DNA of 64,000 bases from a phage, in the NCBI GenBank assembly GCA_025812035.1, contig GCA_025812035.1_4719.1, one strand, 5' to 3'. Positions 56,825 through 64,000 of the stretch are shown piece by piece (position 1 is the stretch's first letter; every line of letters starts with the position of its first letter). A model generated the notes under the pieces. It ran no database searches. It saw nothing but the letters and a program-made list of their open reading frames with translations, and was not told the DNA's origin. Made by a program: the position numbers and the translations under genes.

Positions 56825-59800
56825 ATGGTAGATAAAACCCGTGTTGAGGGTGATGATAATTGGGACAACTGGGATGAAGACTTCTCCCTGGATCTCGATT
56901 TTAACGAGCCTAAAGACGATCGTAAACCAATAACACGCTTTGCGATAGGAGCGGTTAAAGGTGCTGCTGAGGATCTTACTTCCTACGAAAGAATGAAGGA
57001 GATCGCCAGAAACGCATTGCCTAAGGGCTATAGCGACGGTATGGATCTTATCGATTCCGCCGTCGGATCCACGAAGGAACTATACAATGAAGCCGTTCGT
57101 GATGTTCTTCCTAAGGTCCAAAGCTCAAAACGGTTAGCAGCACAACTAACCAAGAAATATCGTGCAAGCATGCCCGATTTCTCGAAGAAAATTATCGAGC
57201 GTTGGGAGCAAGAAGCCAAAGAAGAAGACGAACGTAAACAGGCTGAAGCAGAACTCAAGCAACGCATGGCGAACGCGGGAGATGATGAAATCGCCCGTAA
57301 GGTTGCCGAAGCGTTAGGCGAGTCAGCAAACCAAAGCGCGGATCAGTTTGCCGAACAGCAAGCAAAAGAAAGTATCCGTGACGATATTGCCGACAAACGG
57401 TACGCTGTAACCAACAAACAAATGAGTGCGATGCAAGAAGGCGTCGCCAAGATGGTTGGTTTCAACAACGAATTCGCTGCACGCTACATGCGTAAAAGCC
57501 TGGAACTGAAATATCGTTCCTTAGCGATTCAACGTGCAAGTTTTGATCAGCATAAAAAGTTAGCCGAAGTCTATATCGGTTTATTACAAAACATCCAGAA
57601 GAACACGGCTTTACCTGATGCAGCTAAAGCGAAAATGTCGGAAGAATTCCGTCGTAGTGCATACCAACGTTTCTTTGGTAATGCGTTAGATGCGATGAGT
57701 TCTTTCGAGAGCCGTTTCTTTGCCGATGTTAAGAAAAACCTTGCCACCAACGCATTAGGTGCTTTAAAAGGCGTCGTGTCTGGAGCAAACGATGCGTTAT
57801 ACGGTTTAAACGAAGCGCGTGACTCGATGTCCATGATGGATGGGATGGGGTCAGAAGGCGATATTAAGGAAATGCAAGGAAAGATGTTGGGTCAGTTTAT
57901 TGGCTCAACTGTTGCACCATGGATGGCTAATAAAGGCATGATGGCATTACGCGATTTAGCAAAACGTCATCCCAATGCTAAATTCGCAAGTGCGTTAAAA
58001 GCCGTGGATCAAGGTGGTGAGGCCGCCGCCTACACAACGCGTAATATCGGTAAACTGCTCCAGGAAGATATTCGTAAAAACGAATTCAATCTTAACGATC
58101 CGTTTTACAAGCAGTTGTTACGTGGTGCAGGGCGTTGGGCGTTCAACATGGACAGTGGACGTAACTTCCGTGTGATGAACGACACCGCTGAAACACTGGC
58201 GGAGCAAACGTCATTCGATGGTTTGACTTACCGCAGCATCAATGAGGTTATTCCTGGTTTTCTTGCTCGCATTCTGAAAAGCAGTGAAGGCATCCGCACG
58301 GGAAACAGTGATCCCGACTACGAGGTCTATGACGGCATCAGCGGGCAATTCGTGGCTCAGCGCACGCGCGAACAAAGCGTCAACGACACACTGTTTAACA
58401 AACGTTCGTTTGGTTATTACGCGAGTCGTTTCAATGAGGTCATCTCGGTCATCGATCCCGATAAACAGTTATCGGAAAAAGCCAGGAAGGCATTGGCTAA
58501 ACAGCTGGCACGAGACAGTGACGCAAACATCGCATTCGACCCAGCTCGTTTTACGGATGAAAGTAACTTCGATCGCAGTATCGACCGTGACGCTATTAAG
58601 GAACTTTCCACGTACTTCCGTGACCGTTACGGTATTCGCGATCATGTCGATGATAAGGGCGAACGTCAGCAAGTCATTGAAAACCGCGGGCAATATTACA
58701 CGGAACGTAACCGAGCGGATCTTCGTTACGGTAATCTGAAATCCTTACAGCCGGATATCCAGCGTAACCTTAACCTACTGAAACGTACTGGCGACGTCCA
58801 ATATCTGGAACGTATCGGTATCGTAACAAGAAATAGTGACGGTAGCTACTCGGTTAACCACGATCGGTATTTCTCTGAAATCGATCAATACATCGATCGA
58901 CCAGAGTACGCTGACCGCGGCGATGTCAGTACGCGATTAACCGATCAGGAAACAAGAGCGCTGGCGCTGGGTTATCGTGACGCAAAACCATCAACTGGCG
59001 ACGTCCAAAATTCTGGTCTGCCGAACATCGATCGTAAGGCTGCTGGAACAGTAACCGTTGATGAAAACATCGGTTACGATAAATGGTGGAATGACGCAGG
59101 TGTTATCACCACATCGCTTGAAGAACAGAATCGAGCATGGCAAGAGCTTTATCTCGAAGCGCTGTCTGAAGCATCCGAACAACGTGTTGAGATGCTTGCG
59201 TTACTGAAAGCCATTTCTGAGAAAGACTGGTCTAATAACGTTTCGCTGGATGGCGAAGACGTACCTGAAGGTACAGCACCCATTTCGTTTATCGATCGCG
59301 CTAAACAAAAACTCGGTACACACAACCTCTTTAAACGTGGTCGTAATCTCCTCTGGAAAGGAATTAAAAATACCGCACGGTTGGGTGTTAAAGGTGCGCG
59401 TTGGGGTGCAGAACGCACGTTGGGTAGTTTGGTAAATTCTGGCCGACGTATTATCAACTTCAACCGCTTCGTGTTCGGCGCATTATCCAAGGTTGATCAG
59501 GTTCCATTCGACATTTACGTTAAAGGGGAATCCCAACCGCGTATATTGGCAGCCAAGCTTCGTCAGGGGTTATACTTCGACGAAGCTACGGGAAAAGCCG
59601 TAAAACGGATGAAGGATATCAAAGGCCCACTCGTTGATGCAGATGGAAACATCGTAATCAGCAACGAGGATATCGAGAAAGGGCTGGTCACTCGCGCCGG
59701 TCGTGCTTTTGAGAATTCGGGACTTAAAGCGTGGGCGCGTGAAGGCCTTAATGGGATAACAACGGTATTAAGTCTACCACGGATGTTAAAACGCGGTGCG

Positions 59801-62800
59801 GTTGAGATCTATAAACAGCTTGACAAGACGCCCGACGTTTACGTCAAAGGAGAATCAACACCTCGCCTACTGTCCATGGTGTTAGCGGCGGGCGGGTATT
59901 TCCGTCGCTCTGATGGACAAGTCATCAAAAATCTTGAAGACATTGACGGTGACGTTGTTGATGCGCAAGGTAACGTTGTACTTACGCTTGCCGACATGCA
60001 GAAAGGGCTTGTCGATAAAAACGGTAAAGCGATTCGTCGCTTAAAAGAAAAGCTTATCAACTTCGGTGTGAAAGCTTTCACGTTACCGTTAACCCTGCTA
60101 CGTAAAACAAAGGACATCCTTAAAACCCTTCCCAGTAAAACGGTTAATGGTTTACGACGGATGGGATTAAACTTCCAATCACCTGATGCATTATTGGTAG
60201 GAACAACGTCGGGTATGGTAGATCGCCTCGATGCTATTTACCAGCTTCTTGACCAGCGTATGCCGGGTGGTGACAGGGATTATCGCGATTGGAATGGTGA
60301 CGGTGTTCGAGAAGGATCGTTGGAAGACCTGAAACGTAAACGTGAAGCCAAGGAAAACGGTAAGGATAACGCAGGCAAAGATTCTGGTAAAGGAGAAGAA
60401 AAGGAGAAGAAACGAGGATTACTCGGAAGCCTTTTCGATATGCTCGGCGATACCGCGTTAGGTAAACGACTCATGGCGAGTCCGCTTGGAAAAATCCTAG
60501 GTGGTCTTGGGGCGGTGTTAAGTGGTGGTGCATCACTAACCGGGTTGTTAGGTAAGGGACTTGTTAGAGGAACCGGTGCGCTGGTTAGAGGAGGACTCAG
60601 TGCGGCGGGATGGTTAGGACGTGGTGCGCTGATGGCTGGTGGGGCCGCACTTAATGCTGTTGGTGGTATGGCTGGACTAGGCGCGTTCCTCATCTCACCT
60701 GTTGGGCTTGCTATTGCTGGCGGTGCGTTGGCTGCTTATGCTGGATGGAAAATCTATCAGCATTTCGCTGAGAAGCCTGACCCAATGCAGAAGCTCCGTC
60801 TTATTGCATACGGTGCAAAAGGGGACGATAAAGACTTCAATAAGAAGTTGCTTGCGACAGAAACATACCTCACCGATCACGTGGTCATGACCGGGGACAC
60901 CATCGGATTCGATCCAAAAGCCGATTCTGAAAAGATTCTCGAAATCTGGGAATTGTCTCTGGAAGATTCCGATCGAATGAACGAATGGAAACGTTGGTAT
61001 CTGCATCGTTTTATTCCTGTTTTCGCTCGTGCGTACAAACTCTGGAAAGAGCATATGCCGGACGAGAAGAAATACATGGAAATGGACAAATATCCAAACG
61101 GTGAGAACAAAGTGAAATGGTCGGAAGCATTCATCTGGCCTTCCGATAGTCCTGACGGTCCGTATTACGTTGAGGCGAATCCGTTGGGTTCTTCCGGCGC
61201 GACGCTTTATATTGCCGGTCAAGACGTCAAAACCTTGATGCTGAAACAACTCGAAGCCATCAAGAAAGAGTACCAGAATCAGATTAAACAATACTCTCAT
61301 GATGAGGCTATTGCTGATTGGTCACGGATGTCTGACACACAGCGTAAATCCGTCGCACCTAATGCGTTGCGAGGCCAGAAAGCGTCATTACGTTTTAACG
61401 ATAAACGTTACAACAGTGCTGGTGCTAAAGGACGACAGAAACTGGATGCAACCGCGGTTATCGAAAGCGTAGACCGTCGTGGTAGAAAATGGGTTGCCGG
61501 TGGGTACATCGATGAACTCACCAGTCTCCGTGTTCGTGCGTACGGTATTAAGGTTCCGTTGCTAAGCCAGATAAAAGTGCTGATGGAACTCGAAGACGCT
61601 GTAGAACCGGGCGTTGTCGCTGAAGGTAAAGGCGTTAAATACGGCGGTGATCTTGTCGCTCTCTACAAGAAATTCGCGACGAAGTTCGGAAGAGACGTTA
61701 ACGGTAAACAGGATCAGGATATCTGGTTTGCTTGGATGAACAACCGTTTCCTGCCCGTCTTTTTAACCTATTACCAACAAGTTAGCGAAATGGGTGGTCA
61801 AGGTCTTCTGTCCGATGTGGTACAGAACCTGAAAGACAGCCAACGTTGGGAAATCGGTGAAGCGCTTGTCGCGACGCAATACCGCGATAAAAAGGGTGCG
61901 CTACAACCCGTGTGGTCGTGGAATAGCTGCGGTTTCTCCGGTACCGAAGCCAACACCACCAGCAGTTCAACAAAGAGCCAGCTCGATCTGTTAAAAGAAT
62001 ACGCGGATAAAGAGAAGGTTCGTGAGAAGAACGCGGAAGCATCGCAAGAGGATACCGATAAATTATCGAAGATCCAAGAGCTGATGATGAAGCAGGCTGG
62101 GTACGAGAAGAAAGACGGTGTCTGGCAGAAGAAATCTCGCATTACCGGCGGAATGAGTAATTCCGAAGCGAATTACAACCCCAATGGGAATAAAGTCGGT
62201 GCAAGCAGCTTTACCGCCTCGGCTACTTCCGGTGCGGGATTGGGATCAACCGGCGATCTTACTGGGTTGCCGAACATGGGCTTACAGAAACCTGCAACGG
62301 GACCAGGTCCTGAAGCTGGACGACGTACGCTTGTTAAATCCGCTGTGAAACACGGCATCACCGATCCAATGGAAATGGCCATGTTCCTTGCGAACATCGA
62401 ACATGAATCGGGGAACTACACTCACGTACGTGAGGGGAACTATAAGACGCCCGAGCGTCTTAAACAGGTCTTCCCTTACAAATTCCGTGACGTGCAGGAT
62501 GCCGCACAGACGATTAGCATGGGGCCAGAAGCGGTATTCGAACGTGTGTATGGTAATCGTAAAGATCTAGGGAACACACAGAAAGGGGACGGAGCGAAGT
62601 ATTTAGGACGTGGCTTCATTCAGGTTACCGGTAAAGCTAACTACGCTCGTCTGTCCAAGACCTTGAATAAGGATCTTGTCAGCGATCCGTCTTACCTGGA
62701 AACGCCGGAAGGTGCAGCGGAAGGTAGTGTTGCGTGGTGGCTCAACCGAGGTAACGTACTACGTGATCCCGCAAAACGGGGTGATGTACGCAAAGTTCGT

Positions 62801-63490
62801 TATCTGGTTAACGGCGGCTATAACGGATTACGTGATGTCGAACAACGTTCTGCCTATTGGATTCAGGCGGCTAAGAATGGCACCCTGAAGAAAATGATGG
62901 ACGAGTTATCGGGATCAACATCGGGCGATCAAACTGAAGGACCAACTACCGCCGAACAGGTGAAGAACGAAGCAGCGCAGGAGGCAAACGGAACACCTGC
63001 GACAAGCAACGATCCGCAAGCTCCAGCGCCTTCTACCACCCCTGAAGCTAAACCGGCTGCGGCTGCCGGGACGGCTCCAGCACCCGGAGAAACGTCACCG
63101 ACACCTGGAAGTTTCGAAACAGCAAAAGCCGCAGCAGGACAACCGGCATCAACCCCAGCACCGAGCGATTTACCGTCAAACCCCGGCGCAAATCGAGGGA
63201 TATCGGTTCCGAGCACACCTACACAGGTTGCGCAGTCAGCGTCACAAACATCGGCTGCAAGCGAGAACTTCTACGGTAGCGCAGGCGAAATTCTCCGACA
63301 ACAGCTGACCACACAGCAGAACATCGAGAAGAACACTGGTAGAACGAATGAACTTATTTCGGAACTGATCCAGGCCGTTAAGGGTTCTTCTATCGGTAAG
63401 GGTTCTGCAAGTCCTTCTCAACAACAGACGATGCCGCTACCTAATCGTCCGCAAGGAATCTCTCCGACACGGACAAGGTACGCACAGTAG
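56825..63490 (+). CDS. giant virion-associated protein with C-terminal GH19-type peptidoglycan hydrolase domain (tape-measure or ejection-protein-like)
   Basis: 2221 aa from the first in-frame ATG (GGAGG 8 nt upstream); coiled-coil-like charged N-terminal half, Gly-rich hydrophobic segment, C-terminal domain with MAMFLANIEHESG, YLGRGFIQVTGKANY and VAWWLNRG matching glycoside hydrolase family 19 signatures; a phiKZ protein of similar size and position is recalled. Confidence 0.65.
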   Translation: MVDKTRVEGDDNWDNWDEDFSLDLDFNEPKDDRKPITRFAIGAVKGAAEDLTSYERMKEIARNALPKGYSDGMDLIDSAVGSTKELYNEAVRDVLPKVQSSKRLAAQLTKKYRASMPDFSKKIIERWEQEAKEEDERKQAEAELKQRMANAGDDEIARKVAEALGESANQSADQFAEQQAKESIRDDIADKRYAVTNKQMSAMQEGVAKMVGFNNEFAARYMRKSLELKYRSLAIQRASFDQHKKLAEVYIGLLQNIQKNTALPDAAKAKMSEEFRRSAYQRFFGNALDAMSSFESRFFADVKKNLATNALGALKGVVSGANDALYGLNEARDSMSMMDGMGSEGDIKEMQGKMLGQFIGSTVAPWMANKGMMALRDLAKRHPNAKFASALKAVDQGGEAAAYTTRNIGKLLQEDIRKNEFNLNDPFYKQLLRGAGRWAFNMDSGRNFRVMNDTAETLAEQTSFDGLTYRSINEVIPGFLARILKSSEGIRTGNSDPDYEVYDGISGQFVAQRTREQSVNDTLFNKRSFGYYASRFNEVISVIDPDKQLSEKARKALAKQLARDSDANIAFDPARFTDESNFDRSIDRDAIKELSTYFRDRYGIRDHVDDKGERQQVIENRGQYYTERNRADLRYGNLKSLQPDIQRNLNLLKRTGDVQYLERIGIVTRNSDGSYSVNHDRYFSEIDQYIDRPEYADRGDVSTRLTDQETRALALGYRDAKPSTGDVQNSGLPNIDRKAAGTVTVDENIGYDKWWNDAGVITTSLEEQNRAWQELYLEALSEASEQRVEMLALLKAISEKDWSNNVSLDGEDVPEGTAPISFIDRAKQKLGTHNLFKRGRNLLWKGIKNTARLGVKGARWGAERTLGSLVNSGRRIINFNRFVFGALSKVDQVPFDIYVKGESQPRILAAKLRQGLYFDEATGKAVKRMKDIKGPLVDADGNIVISNEDIEKGLVTRAGRAFENSGLKAWAREGLNGITTVLSLPRMLKRGAVEIYKQLDKTPDVYVKGESTPRLLSMVLAAGGYFRRSDGQVIKNLEDIDGDVVDAQGNVVLTLADMQKGLVDKNGKAIRRLKEKLINFGVKAFTLPLTLLRKTKDILKTLPSKTVNGLRRMGLNFQSPDALLVGTTSGMVDRLDAIYQLLDQRMPGGDRDYRDWNGDGVREGSLEDLKRKREAKENGKDNAGKDSGKGEEKEKKRGLLGSLFDMLGDTALGKRLMASPLGKILGGLGAVLSGGASLTGLLGKGLVRGTGALVRGGLSAAGWLGRGALMAGGAALNAVGGMAGLGAFLISPVGLAIAGGALAAYAGWKIYQHFAEKPDPMQKLRLIAYGAKGDDKDFNKKLLATETYLTDHVVMTGDTIGFDPKADSEKILEIWELSLEDSDRMNEWKRWYLHRFIPVFARAYKLWKEHMPDEKKYMEMDKYPNGENKVKWSEAFIWPSDSPDGPYYVEANPLGSSGATLYIAGQDVKTLMLKQLEAIKKEYQNQIKQYSHDEAIADWSRMSDTQRKSVAPNALRGQKASLRFNDKRYNSAGAKGRQKLDATAVIESVDRRGRKWVAGGYIDELTSLRVRAYGIKVPLLSQIKVLMELEDAVEPGVVAEGKGVKYGGDLVALYKKFATKFGRDVNGKQDQDIWFAWMNNRFLPVFLTYYQQVSEMGGQGLLSDVVQNLKDSQRWEIGEALVATQYRDKKGALQPVWSWNSCGFSGTEANTTSSSTKSQLDLLKEYADKEKVREKNAEASQEDTDKLSKIQELMMKQAGYEKKDGVWQKKSRITGGMSNSEANYNPNGNKVGASSFTASATSGAGLGSTGDLTGLPNMGLQKPATGPGPEAGRRTLVKSAVKHGITDPMEMAMFLANIEHESGNYTHVREGNYKTPERLKQVFPYKFRDVQDAAQTISMGPEAVFERVYGNRKDLGNTQKGDGAKYLGRGFIQVTGKANYARLSKTLNKDLVSDPSYLETPEGAAEGSVAWWLNRGNVLRDPAKRGDVRKVRYLVNGGYNGLRDVEQRSAYWIQAAKNGTLKKMMDELSGSTSGDQTEGPTTAEQVKNEAAQEANGTPATSNDPQAPAPSTTPEAKPAAAAGTAPAPGETSPTPGSFETAKAAAGQPASTPAPSDLPSNPGANRGISVPSTPTQVAQSASQTSAASENFYGSAGEILRQQLTTQQNIEKNTGRTNELISELIQAVKGSSIGKGSASPSQQQTMPLPNRPQGISPTRTRYAQ

Positions 63491-63501
63491 TCATTAGTTA
63501 A

Positions 63502-63520
63502 GGGCGGGAGATTCCCGCCC
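63502..63520 (+). terminator. hairpin after giant gene stop
   Basis: GGGCGGGAG-A-TTCCCGCCC followed by TCTTCTTG; next gene starts 19 nt later. Confidence 0.45.
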
Positions 63521-63538
63521 TCTTCTTGAGGAATGTTA

Positions 63539-64000
63539 CATGGGTATTCTTGTTCAAAACGCCCTAATCACCAAACAGGCGTTTTTATTACCAGGCGATA
63601 GCAGCACGCTTAGTGCCGACATGATTAAAGCGAGACATACACCGTATTCCTACGATAACGTCGATGATACCACCTTAGGTGGGAACTGGGTGCTTAACCC
63701 ACCACCGCAATATACAAAATTTGCTGATATCAAGGAACGACGGCGTGCGGTTATGCCGGGGTCAACGGGTATGGGTCGCGGCTACAGTGAAAGCATTAAC
63801 AGCTTTAAAGAAGTCGTTACGTTACGATTCGGTAAACCTCGCTTTACAGGCGCAAGTATCTTCTTCACTGATTTCTACGATGCGGATGTTGCTGTAACGG
63901 TTAAAACAGGCCGCGATCCTGGTATTCTTTATTACGCAGCCAAAGCGTATACGACCGTTCTTTCTTACCTCACACCCCTACCTTACTTGTATATGGTTGG
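63539..64000 (+). CDS. hypothetical protein, 3'-truncated by window edge
   Basis: Open frame from ATG at 63539 (GAGGA 8 nt upstream) to the window end without stop; not in ORF track. Confidence 0.45.

Noticed and set aside
1-64000. CRISPR arrays, tRNA/rRNA genes, integrase or transposase genes
   Set aside because: No regularly spaced direct repeats, no cloverleaf-compatible sequences in the non-coding gaps examined (notably 19840-20137 and 29180-29481), and no recombinase motifs in the translations; the only mobile element found is the intron/homing-endonuclease unit.

Overview
This 64 kb window reads as a contiguous piece of a jumbo tailed-phage genome of the phiKZ-like, nucleus-forming type, with Enterobacteriaceae-like Shine-Dalgarno sequences (AGGAG/AAGGAGG 5-10 nt before most starts). 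About 58 protein-coding genes are densely packed, mostly on the minus strand; 1-40450 is minus-strand dominated apart from three plus-strand genes (16527-17621, 25274-26116, 31073-32317), followed by a plus-strand pair at 40594-43572, a minus block at 43646-56582 and a giant plus-strand gene at 56825-63490. Calls supported by sequence motifs: a PhuZ-like phage tubulin; two multisubunit-RNAP gene sets (a zinc-ribbon beta-prime N-terminal gene in the early region, and a zinc-ribbon-less beta-prime-like gene plus a 1448-aa beta-like gene in the structural region); large terminase; an HNH homing endonuclease; a calcineurin-type metallophosphoesterase; and a 2221-aa virion protein with a C-terminal GH19-type peptidoglycan hydrolase domain. 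Calls made from size and context only: tail sheath and tube, and a 631-aa candidate nuclear-shell protein (chimallin). The most interesting feature is that the early-region beta-prime gene is interrupted exactly inside its catalytic NADFDGD motif by about 1.8 kb carrying group I intron core-like elements and the HNH endonuclease, with the DGD codons apparently on a 13-nt micro-exon. Two recurring regulatory motif families are also present: a TATATTACC box upstream of four genes, and hairpin-UUUUAUGCCGU modules. No rRNA, tRNA, CRISPR array, integrase or transposase was found. Everything is from reading the sequence and ORF track by eye; no database search or folding was run, so most functional calls are hypotheses.
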